NCBI GenBank assembly: GCA_045580305.1
Contig: JAZNNQ010000035.1
Location: 15,437 to 79,436 of the forward strand
Length of the DNA stretch: 64,000 bases
From: Eubacteriales bacterium
GTDB lineage: Bacteria > Bacillota > Clostridia > Oscillospirales > JAAYXM01
Reading direction: 5' to 3'
The position numbers were made by a program, and so were the translations under genes. Below, in pieces: positions 19,218 to 27,239 of the stretch. Position 1 is the stretch's first letter; every line of letters begins with the position of its first letter. The notes beneath the pieces were generated by a model. It was given only the letters and a program-made list of their open reading frames with translations, did not search any database and had not been told where the DNA came from.

Positions 19218-21482
19218 CTATCCTACCTCCGAAACCTCCGCTGTAGCATAGAAATCTACAGTTACAACCGTTCCGCGGTCAAGCTGTGTTCCCGGGGCAT
19301 ATTGCTGTCCGCTTGCGGTTGCGGTGGAGGATGCGCGATTAACCGCGCCCTGAGGCTTCATAATAAGACCTGCATTTGTTATTTCACGGTTTGCCTCGGT
19401 CATGGTCAGTCCCTTTACATTGGGCATCTGCACCTTGTCCGTAGGTGCCGGCTCGCCACAGTATAGGATTACCTGAGCATTGTTCGGAATCACGCTGCCG
19501 CCCGCGGGTATCTGACCGGTAATGGTATCGCCCTCGCCCACGGTTTTTACGGTTAATTCCTTATATGAATTCTGCTTTAGCATATTTTTTGCATCACCCG
19601 AGGGATATCCGACAAGCTGCGGCATTACTATATCGCGGCCTACCATTTCCTCTGCCTTATAGACCGGGTTGAGACCCATATAGGGCAGCATTTCAGAGAA
19701 CACCTTGCCCGCAACCGGTGCGGCAAGCTGACTGCCCTCATAATATGTGCCGTTTGGGTCGTCAAGAATGATAAGGCACGCATACTGTGGATCGTCCATA
19801 GGCGCGACGCCCATAAAGGAGGCGATATACTTTTCCTTCTCGCCCTCTACATACTCGTCGATCTTCTCACTGGTACCGGTCTTGCCGCCGATACGGTAGC
19901 CTTTGACATATGCATTCTTACCGGTACCCTCCGCCACAACCTTTTCCAGTGACTCGCAAAGGAACTTTGAGGTGGACTCAGAAATGACCTGACGCACCAC
20001 TTCGGTGTCGTACTTCTTGATGGTTACATTGTTCTCATCCACAATTTCCTTTACAACATGGGGCTTAACAAGCTTTCCGCCGTTTACTACCGCACTGACC
20101 GCCGCCATAACCTGAATGGGGGTGACCTTAAAGGTCTGACCGAAGGATGCAACCGCGAGAGAGACCTTATTACCTTTATCGACAAACATATCTTCGCTGA
20201 AGAAATAGCCGTTTGCCTCACCCGGAAGATCGATACCGGTTTTCTCAAGAAGTCCGAAGGCTTCAAAATAATTGTAGAATTTTCTGTTACCTACTCTTGC
20301 GCCGATTTCCATAAGAGCGCAGTTGCAGGACTTTTCAAGAGCCTGGGATAGATTTATAACGCCGTGACCCTCGCGCTTCCAGCAGTGGATATTTCTATCC
20401 GCAACACGGGTCGCACCGGTACAGTTAAAGCTTGAATTTGGGCCTACAACGCCCTCTTCAAGACCCATTGCGATGGTTAAAATCTTAAAGACAGAACCCG
20501 GCTCGTAGGAGTCGGAGATGATCTTGTTTCGCCAGGAAGCGTTCAAGGCTTTGTTTCTTGCCTGTGACCGCTCATCTGCAGGAAGCTCGTCTATTTCCGC
20601 CTGTTCGGATTCATCCAGCACAAACGGCTCGTTTAAATCAAAGTCGCCCATTGTTGCCATAGCAAGAATCTCACCGGTTTTTACATCCATTACGATGCCT
20701 GCACCGCGCTGCAGGATCTGGCCATCGATGACCGCGGTTTCAAGGTGCTTTTCCAATATCTGCTGTACGGTTTCGTCGATGGTGAGAACTATACTGTTGC
20801 CGTTTTCAGCATCGTGATATTCCTCATAGTTAAAGGGCATAGCGGTACCGCGGGCATTTTTAGCCGCAATTATACGACCGGGAAGTCCCTTCAATGTGGA
20901 CTCATACATTGCTTCAATGCCGGCAAGACCGGTGTTCTCATCGCCGCAGAAGCCGATTATGTGCGATGCGAAGTTTGCAAAGGGATAATATCTCTTTGTG
21001 TCTTCTACAAAGTGAATGCCTTTGAGCTTATCCTCCTTTATCGCAGTTCGGATCGCCGTTGCCTTCTCTTCGTTGATTTTCTTCTTGATTACCTGGTAAT
21101 AGCTTTTTGATTTTTCGGTTTTTGCAAGAACAGTCTCATAGTCAAGCTCTAATATCTCGGACAATGTGCGCGCTACCTTTTTTCTGTCCTCGGAGCGATC
21201 CTTGCCTTCCTCATCTGCAAGCTCTACCGGCGCAATATATACGGTTTCCACCGTCGCGCTTATTGCAAGCTCCTTCATATTTCTGTCGTAAATCACGCCT
21301 CTTTTGGGGGTGATGATGGTATCGCGGGTCTGCTGGTCCGCGGCCTTTGCCTGATAGGACTCGCCATTTATCAGCTGAACATTCACAAGCTTACTAACAA
21401 CAAGAACTGCAATAAAGCCAAAAATGCACATCATAAATATGATGCGCTTAGCCATTGAACTGTTTGGGCGATTATTTGTCAA
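19218..21482 (-). CDS. Class B penicillin-binding protein (FtsI/PBP2B/SpoVD type) with C-terminal PASTA repeats
   Basis: 754 aa with an N-terminal TM and the transpeptidase motifs SVFK (SxxK), SCN (SxN) and KTGT. Two PASTA-like repeats lie at the C-terminus (MPQLVGY..., MPNVKGLTMTEANREI...). TTG start at 21482 follows GGGAGG. Confidence 0.9.
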   Translation of the reverse strand: MTNNRPNSSMAKRIIFMMCIFGFIAVLVVSKLVNVQLINGESYQAKAADQQTRDTIITPKRGVIYDRNMKELAISATVETVYIAPVELADEEGKDRSEDRKKVARTLSEILELDYETVLAKTEKSKSYYQVIKKKINEEKATAIRTAIKEDKLKGIHFVEDTKRYYPFANFASHIIGFCGDENTGLAGIEAMYESTLKGLPGRIIAAKNARGTAMPFNYEEYHDAENGNSIVLTIDETVQQILEKHLETAVIDGQILQRGAGIVMDVKTGEILAMATMGDFDLNEPFVLDESEQAEIDELPADERSQARNKALNASWRNKIISDSYEPGSVFKILTIAMGLEEGVVGPNSSFNCTGATRVADRNIHCWKREGHGVINLSQALEKSCNCALMEIGARVGNRKFYNYFEAFGLLEKTGIDLPGEANGYFFSEDMFVDKGNKVSLAVASFGQTFKVTPIQVMAAVSAVVNGGKLVKPHVVKEIVDENNVTIKKYDTEVVRQVISESTSKFLCESLEKVVAEGTGKNAYVKGYRIGGKTGTSEKIDEYVEGEKEKYIASFMGVAPMDDPQYACLIILDDPNGTYYEGSQLAAPVAGKVFSEMLPYMGLNPVYKAEEMVGRDIVMPQLVGYPSGDAKNMLKQNSYKELTVKTVGEGDTITGQIPAGGSVIPNNAQVILYCGEPAPTDKVQMPNVKGLTMTEANREITNAGLIMKPQGAVNRASSTATASGQQYAPGTQLDRGTVVTVDFYATAEVSEVG

Positions 21483-21605
21483 GATAATTCCTCCCGTTAA
21501 AGTGCACTCGGGGCAAGAAATGCCAAGCAGGAAAGGCTTGTTTCCGCAAATACATTACTTACCCCGATATTTTTTCTTATAATCCGTAGCCAGTATATGA
21601 CTCTT

Positions 21606-22118
21606 CTAATTGATATATTCTATAAACGCGTTAAAACCTCTTGCAAGGCCTGCAAGAATGGTGGACTCGTTTGTCTTCATAGTCTTTGTCTGTGCTACCT
21701 CGGTATAGTCACCGGTATTTGTATTTACATATGTAATCTGTGATTTCTGGATCTTCTGCATACCAAGCTGATTTACAGCGATCTCCTGAAGCTGCTGTGA
21801 GCCGTACTTCTGCTCTTTTTTGATCTCTAACATCTGGGTCTCCTCGCGCATTGCGTCAAGCTGGCTCTGGAGCACGCTTGCGCGGTCAGCGGTCTCGGTA
21901 AGCACCATATAACTGTAAAGAATACCCACAAGAAGCACCATGCAAAGCGCCCAGGAAACAAGAGCGAAACCGGACACAATCGGTTTTGCCTTCTGATTAG
22001 GTGTCTTTTCCGCCTTTACATCAGCTTTTGCTTTGGTTTCTGTCTTTGTCTCCTTTTCCATACGGGTATCAAAACGGGAAAAGTCGTATGTTGAATCTAA
22101 GGTTAATGTCTTCTGCAT
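21606..22118 (-). CDS. ftsL: FtsL-like cell division protein (single TM plus coiled coil)
   Basis: 170 aa with a Lys/Glu-rich N-terminus, one TM (FALVSWALCMVLLVGILYSYMVL) and a heptad-like region. It has the conserved position between rsmH and the PBP gene. The call rests on position and topology, not strong sequence identity. Confidence 0.65.
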   Translation of the reverse strand: MQKTLTLDSTYDFSRFDTRMEKETKTETKAKADVKAEKTPNQKAKPIVSGFALVSWALCMVLLVGILYSYMVLTETADRASVLQSQLDAMREETQMLEIKKEQKYGSQQLQEIAVNQLGMQKIQKSQITYVNTNTGDYTEVAQTKTMKTNESTILAGLARGFNAFIEYIN

Positions 22119-22139
22119 CCGAGATGCCTCCCCATATAT

Positions 22140-23072
22140 TTAAATTCTTTCCGCCACACGGAGCTTAGCGCTTCGAGCGCGTGGATTGTTTTCAACTTCA
22201 TCAGCCGTCGGTAATATCGGCTTTCTGCTTACAAGTTTTAATTTCGGTACCCTGCCGCAAGCGCATACCGGAAAATTCGGCGGGCATATGCAGGGATTAA
22301 CCTGCTCGTTAAAGCTTTTTTTAACTATTCTGTCCTCCAGCGAATGGAAAGTGATTATTGCAATTCTTCCCTCGGGCGACAGGTGATCGATAGCGTCCTC
22401 CAGTACCTGGGAAAGAGCACCAAGCTCGTCATTTACCGCAATTCTTATTGCCTGGAAGCATCTTTTTGCAGGATGCTGTTTTTCCCTGAGTGCAGCAGCC
22501 GGCATAGATGCGCGGATTATATCAACAAGCTCGAGAGTGGTTTCAATCGGCTTTACTTCACGCGCCTTACATATATTCGCCGCTATTTTGTTTGAATACC
22601 GCTCCTCGCCGTATTCAAAGAAAATTCTGCGCAAGCTCGCCTCGTCGTATCCGTTAATTACATCATAGGCACTAAGGTTTGCCGATCTGTCCATTCGCAT
22701 ATCAAGTGGGGCATCCGCCATATAGGAAAAGCCGCGGGATGCATCGTCAAGCTGAGGGGACGACACGCCAAGGTCAAGTAAAATTCCGTCTATCTTCTCA
22801 ATGCCAAGCTGACCGAGTATCTGCTTTAAATTTCTGAAATCGTTGTGTACAAAGCAAACCTTCTCACCAAATGCCGCAAGCTTTTTTTCAGCCGCGTCAA
22901 TTGCTACCTGATCACGGTCAATGGCAATCAGTCTGCCTGTGGCAAGTCGCTTTACGATCTCACCGGAATGGCCTGCACGGCCTAAAGTACCGTCAACATA
23001 AACGCCGTCGGGTTTTATATCAAGCGCCTCTATACATTCGTAAAGCAGCACCGGATTGTGTGTCATATCCAT
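22140..23072 (-). CDS. rsmH: 16S rRNA (cytosine1402-N4)-methyltransferase RsmH (MraW)
   Basis: 310 aa. HNPVLLYECIEAL, GTLGRAGHS and DLGVSSPQLD motifs are present. Confidence 0.95.
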   Translation of the reverse strand: MDMTHNPVLLYECIEALDIKPDGVYVDGTLGRAGHSGEIVKRLATGRLIAIDRDQVAIDAAEKKLAAFGEKVCFVHNDFRNLKQILGQLGIEKIDGILLDLGVSSPQLDDASRGFSYMADAPLDMRMDRSANLSAYDVINGYDEASLRRIFFEYGEERYSNKIAANICKAREVKPIETTLELVDIIRASMPAAALREKQHPAKRCFQAIRIAVNDELGALSQVLEDAIDHLSPEGRIAIITFHSLEDRIVKKSFNEQVNPCICPPNFPVCACGRVPKLKLVSRKPILPTADEVENNPRARSAKLRVAERI

Positions 23073-23074
23073 AA

Positions 23075-23485
23075 TTACATACCCTGCTCAACCAAAATTG
23101 CAGCAGCATCGTCGGACGAGGGATCAACACCCTTCCACTTGTCAACATCCCATATCTGGATGTGGTTGCCCATACCGATAACAAATACATTTTTATCGAT
23201 TCCCGCGTATTCGCGCAATAACTGCGGAATAAGAACACGCCCCTGTACATCAGCGGTGCAATCCTGTGCGGGAGCCATAAAGAAACGGCGAAGAGTAAGC
23301 GACTGCATAGTTGGAATGGACATTATCTTTTCCGAAAACTTCTTCCACTCCTCCTCTGGGTAGATGGCGAGTGAATTCTCAAGTCCTTTTGTGAGCACGA
23401 AATTAAAGCCAAGCTTCTCACGAAGCTTCGCCGGTATGAACAAACGGCCTTTGGTATCTACCGTATGCAAAAACTGACCGTTCAC
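23075..23485 (-). CDS. mraZ: Transcriptional regulator MraZ
   Basis: 136 aa with two SpoVT/AbrB-like halves (DTKGRLFIPAKLR and DVQGRVLIPQLLR). It is the first gene of the dcw cluster. The start codon is GTG. Confidence 0.93.
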   Translation of the reverse strand: MNGQFLHTVDTKGRLFIPAKLREKLGFNFVLTKGLENSLAIYPEEEWKKFSEKIMSIPTMQSLTLRRFFMAPAQDCTADVQGRVLIPQLLREYAGIDKNVFVIGMGNHIQIWDVDKWKGVDPSSDDAAAILVEQGM

Positions 23486-23499
23486 TTACCTCTCTCCTT

Positions 23500-23586
23500 C
23501 CCCACAAAAGTGTTATCACGATGTTGTCACGCTCCAACTTTCCCCACCGTAGTTTTAATTATAATTCATTACATATTAAATTGCAA
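23500..23586 (-). promoter_or_regulatory. mraZ/dcw promoter with downstream GTGGG-type repeat array (candidate MraZ operator)
   Basis: The minus strand reads TTGCAA (23586-23581), a 17-nt spacer, then TATAAT (23563-23558). This is followed by GTGGGG(23547)-aaa-GTTGG-agc-GTGAC-aacatc-GTGAT-...-GTGGGG(23505). A/T tracts lie upstream of the -35. Confidence 0.5.
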
Positions 23587-23669
23587 GGGTTTTTTAAAAT
23601 TTTTTTTGCTTATTTTTCAGTTTTTTTATAAGCTTTTTGGGCTTTTGTTCCAAAAAAAGGCAAAAAAAG

Positions 23670-23705
23670 TTCCCACATTACGAACTGCTGTTCGTAATGT
23701 GGGAA
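23670..23705 (-). terminator. Rho-independent terminator after the oxidoreductase gene
   Basis: A 16-bp perfect stem ttcccacattacgaac / gttcgtaatgtgggaa is followed on the minus strand by TTTTTTTGCCTTTTTTT. Confidence 0.9.
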
Positions 23706-23723
23706 TAGGTTAAATTTTGTGTT

Positions 23724-24779
23724 TTACAGGTTGATAAACTGCTTCTTTTCAGCGGATTCGTATGCAGCATACATAACCTTCTGAACCTGAATTGCATCCT
23801 CTGCCGGAACCTGGATTTCCTGACCGTCAAGGATGGAGCGACCGAAGGATTCGATCTCTTTGGTGTACATATTACCAAACTCAACATTGACCTCAACCGG
23901 CTCAACATCGTTGCGGTTCTGCTGTGCATCGTAACCGGACTCATCGCTTAAGAGAACAGTAAGTGTTCCGCCCTCTACCTGAGAAAGAGTACCCTCTGCT
24001 CTCATACTGCCGCGAGTGCCGTAGAACTCAAGACGGCAGATAGCAGCAGCATCCGGAATGTTGAAGTTAACATCAACATAAGCGTATGCGCCGTTCTCAA
24101 GCTCCATAAGGGTGGAAGCCTGGTCATCAACCTCGTAGTTGAACACCTTTGTATCGCTCATACCGGCAACAACCTTTGCCTTAGAGCCTGCGATATACTG
24201 AATTAAGTCGATAGCGTGAACGCCAAGGTCAACAAGAGCACCGCCGCCGGACTCGCTTTTCTTCTGACGCCATGCACCCGGAATATCCGGATACCAGCAG
24301 GTGAACTGACCGCGGATAGAGGTAAGCTGACCGAGTTTACCCTCTTCAACGAACTGTTTCATTACCTGATGATATGCATGATAGCGCATCATAAGACCGG
24401 TAGCGATTAAAACGCCCTCTTCCTTACAGATGCGAACGACCTCTTCGCCGTCCTCAACCGTCATACAGATGGGCTTTTCGATTAAGATGTGCTTCTTAGC
24501 ACGAGCAGCAGCGATAGCCTGATCCTTGTGGTAGTTAACCGGAGAAGCGATATAAACCGCGTCGATTTCCGGATCAGCTAAAAGTGCATCAACATTGTCG
24601 TATGCACGCTTTGCATTGTACTTAGCGCGGATCTTCTCAGCAAGCTCCATATTGATTTCCATAACAGCAATAAGCTCTGCATTGTCTGCAAGCATCATAC
24701 CGGGAATAGTACGGCGATCAGCGATACCGCCTGCAGCGATAACGCCCCATCTAACTTTCTTCATTATATTGTCCTCCAA
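23724..24779 (-). CDS. Gfo/Idh/MocA-family NAD(P)-dependent oxidoreductase
   Basis: 351 aa with the N-terminal Rossmann start VRWGVIAAGGIADRRTIPG, an EKP motif (ILIEKPICMT) and a C-terminal alpha/beta domain typical of the family. Confidence 0.85.
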   Translation of the reverse strand: MEDNIMKKVRWGVIAAGGIADRRTIPGMMLADNAELIAVMEINMELAEKIRAKYNAKRAYDNVDALLADPEIDAVYIASPVNYHKDQAIAAARAKKHILIEKPICMTVEDGEEVVRICKEEGVLIATGLMMRYHAYHQVMKQFVEEGKLGQLTSIRGQFTCWYPDIPGAWRQKKSESGGGALVDLGVHAIDLIQYIAGSKAKVVAGMSDTKVFNYEVDDQASTLMELENGAYAYVDVNFNIPDAAAICRLEFYGTRGSMRAEGTLSQVEGGTLTVLLSDESGYDAQQNRNDVEPVEVNVEFGNMYTKEIESFGRSILDGQEIQVPAEDAIQVQKVMYAAYESAEKKQFINL

Positions 24780-24787
24780 TTTTTATA

Positions 24788-25735
24788 TTAGTTGCACTCT
24801 GCAACAAGCGGACCTGCAAGCTCTTCTAAGAAGAAAAGCTTACCTGCGATGGTAGGCATCCAGGAAGAGGTAACCCACATATCCGGACCATAACGGAGAG
24901 CCATCCAAAGGCTCATGCCCTGCCACTGCATACCGCGGGAAAGAGCACCGTCGCAGCCGCCGATAATGCGGTCAGACTGTAAAATGATGCCCGGGCCGAT
25001 GGTGTTAGCACGGCAAGGAACTAAAGTTGTACGGCTCTTGAAGCTGGTAAGAGCATTCTGCTCGATGGTGAGCGGATGGAGGTTTGCACCGATGCGGTAC
25101 ATCTGGCTCTTCCACTCCTCAACAGAGTTAAACTCGCCTGCAAACTGGGGCTCCCAGAATGCGATATGGCACATACGGCCGATACCGAAGGTGGTGATCA
25201 TACGAGCACCCTCTGCCTTGAGCGCAGCGATCTTCTCGGGGTAAGTGGGAAGATTTTCCTTGGTAGCAAAGTTTCTCTGCTCAACCGGAATGGTCTTGTT
25301 GAGCTTGCTGTAGAACTGATCGGTCATAGCATATGTAAATGAACCCGGGTTGGACGGCTCTAAGGTGTTACCCTCAGCGTCACTCCACTCGTCCATATTG
25401 AAGCCGTAAACATGTGAGCAGTCGATATCCCACTCATTTAAGAAGTAGGTAGCCCAACGATACATACCCATAGGACCTGCCGGTAAGATCATGATAAGCT
25501 TTAAGCCTTCTTCGCGTGCCATCTTGATCTGGTTTGCGATCTCGTGACCCATCATCATATCGAACTCGGACACATTCTTACAGGGGATCGGCTTAAAATC
25601 CTTGTGCCAGAAATCCTGACGGTCGCAAATGGTTTCGGGGGCATTGGAGCAGCATGCATCGATCTTGTCGAAGTCCCAGCCTGCCGGGTAGAAGCCCTCT
25701 AAGTTTGAACCCTTAACTGTGCTCATAAAATTCAT
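24788..25735 (-). CDS. NagB/glucosamine-6-phosphate-deaminase-superfamily protein (sugar-phosphate isomerase/deaminase-like)
   Basis: 315 aa. GFNMDEW and [13 protein letters not shown] resemble the NagB motifs (FNMDEY, GxGxxGHIAFNEP). It has an unusually long N-terminal extension. Substrate unknown. Confidence 0.6.
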   Translation of the reverse strand: MNFMSTVKGSNLEGFYPAGWDFDKIDACCSNAPETICDRQDFWHKDFKPIPCKNVSEFDMMMGHEIANQIKMAREEGLKLIMILPAGPMGMYRWATYFLNEWDIDCSHVYGFNMDEWSDAEGNTLEPSNPGSFTYAMTDQFYSKLNKTIPVEQRNFATKENLPTYPEKIAALKAEGARMITTFGIGRMCHIAFWEPQFAGEFNSVEEWKSQMYRIGANLHPLTIEQNALTSFKSRTTLVPCRANTIGPGIILQSDRIIGGCDGALSRGMQWQGMSLWMALRYGPDMWVTSSWMPTIAGKLFFLEELAGPLVAECN

Positions 25736-25775
25736 TGTTTTTTCCTCCTAAAAATGTATTTAAGATAAAAATTAT

Positions 25776-26480
25776 TTACGGTAAGAAACGCTTGGTGGTA
25801 TCGCGAAGATGTGCGTGGCAAGCCTTGAATGCCTCAGCATACTGAACGCCACTCTGAAGTCCGCGGAAGCGTGAGCAGGACTTAACGAACTCTGCAAAGT
25901 CGATCTTATCGTGCTCCAGCATCCACTTAAGCTGGCTTTCGTGGCACTCAAGCGCCGCAATCTTCTTGTCGATATAATTGGAAATATCAACATACTGCTC
26001 GGGCAGGAAGTTTGCGCCTGCAAGATTGTCCATATAGTAAATCGGAACAACCTTGTATACCGGATACTCCGGGAACATATGTGCAACAGATGCGGTAAAG
26101 CTGGTCTCAAAGACAAGCTGTGATACCTGGAGATGATCCTCCATATAATCATCCGGCGAATGAGTGATAATGAAGTCCGGCTGCACCTCACGGATGATGC
26201 GAACCATCTCGCGGCGTGCCTCGGTATCGTGTGAGTAGAGGCGGCAATCGCCGATATTTACATTATAAACCTTCTTTGCGCCGAGAATCTCGCCGCCGTT
26301 TTCCGCTTCTTTCTCGCGGAGTTTGCCAAGTTCTTCCGGCATAATGACCATATGGCCCATATCACCGTTTGCAACATGACACATATAAACCTCGTGACCC
26401 TCATCTGCCATACGGGCAAGAGTACCGCCGCAACAGATTTCAAGGTCATCGGGATGACAACCAATCGCTAATACTTTCAT
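25776..26480 (-). CDS. PIG-L/LmbE-family N-acetylglucosaminyl deacetylase
   Basis: MKVLAIGCHPDDLEICCGGTLARMADEGHEVYMCHVANGDMGH carries the PIG-L signature (HPDD plus downstream His/Asp). Start moved to ATG 26480, which has a GGAGG RBS. The upstream 35 codons of the track ORF cover a terminator and promoter. Confidence 0.8.
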   Translation of the reverse strand: MKVLAIGCHPDDLEICCGGTLARMADEGHEVYMCHVANGDMGHMVIMPEELGKLREKEAENGGEILGAKKVYNVNIGDCRLYSHDTEARREMVRIIREVQPDFIITHSPDDYMEDHLQVSQLVFETSFTASVAHMFPEYPVYKVVPIYYMDNLAGANFLPEQYVDISNYIDKKIAALECHESQLKWMLEHDKIDFAEFVKSCSRFRGLQSGVQYAEAFKACHAHLRDTTKRFLP

Positions 26481-26551
26481 ATTAAACGCCTCCTGTTTCC
26501 ATATATCATTTATTCTAACACGGATTTTCTTTTTTGTACATAATAAAAAGA

Positions 26552-26583
26552 GGAATTTGTGCAAGAAAACTTGCACAAATTCC
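26552..26583 (-). terminator. Terminator after the CBM9-like gene, separating it from the PIG-L operon
   Basis: Hairpin ggaatttgtgcaag-(5 nt)-ttgcacaaattcc is followed on the minus strand by TCTTTTTATT. An extended -10 (TGTTAGAAT) follows before the PIG-L RBS. Confidence 0.8.
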
Positions 26584-26590
26584 ATATGTT

Positions 26591-27226
26591 CTATTTGTTC
26601 ATAAAGTCAAGAGCCGCGAAGCAATCTATACGGTAGAAAAATGGCTCCGGAGTTTTAGGTTCAATATTGCTCCAGGTGCCGTAATGGATCTCCGGCAAGC
26701 CGTCGCCGCATTTAAAAAAGTTGCCGGTTAAATGAAGCTCCTGGCCTCTTTTGAACTCGGGCACATTTTTCTCGAAGAACTCAAGGGGAATTTTAGCAGA
26801 AAAATCCCAATACTCACCGTCCTGCACCACTTCGCGTCGCTCAATACCGAAATGGTCGTACTCGTTGGTGTCAAGCAGAATTCTGTTCTCAATTTCCTTA
26901 GGGCCGATGGCAAGGTACAGGTTGCCCTTGGGGTTAACCTCAAAATTTATGAAAATATCTCGCACCCCCGGTATGGGATTTACAAAAAACTCCATACAGG
27001 AGTCCATATAAATGTCCCCGTTGTCACTTGCATCCGCGTTTCTGTATTTGTCATATGTACGCATATAGACATAGATATTATCCCCGTCCCAGGCAAGAGT
27101 GCCAAAGGTTTCCGGACGGTATTCACAGCCCCAGGGGTAGTTGGTTACATAAGCTCTCTCAAGCTCCGGTGCTTTTTTCTTAAAATCCTCATAATCTGCT
27201 ACTTTCTGCACTTTGTATGTCAGCAT
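26591..27226 (-). CDS. Cytoplasmic CBM9-like (carbohydrate-binding family 9-like/DOMON-like) protein of unknown function
   Basis: 211 aa with no signal peptide. The pattern DSCMEFFVNP...INFEVNPKGN...GNFFKCGDGLPEIHYGTWSNI...PEPFFYRIDCFAALDF matches my recollection of the CBM9-like family. Confidence 0.55.
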   Translation of the reverse strand: MLTYKVQKVADYEDFKKKAPELERAYVTNYPWGCEYRPETFGTLAWDGDNIYVYMRTYDKYRNADASDNGDIYMDSCMEFFVNPIPGVRDIFINFEVNPKGNLYLAIGPKEIENRILLDTNEYDHFGIERREVVQDGEYWDFSAKIPLEFFEKNVPEFKRGQELHLTGNFFKCGDGLPEIHYGTWSNIEPKTPEPFFYRIDCFAALDFMNK

Positions 27227-27239
27227 TTTTACCTCTCCT

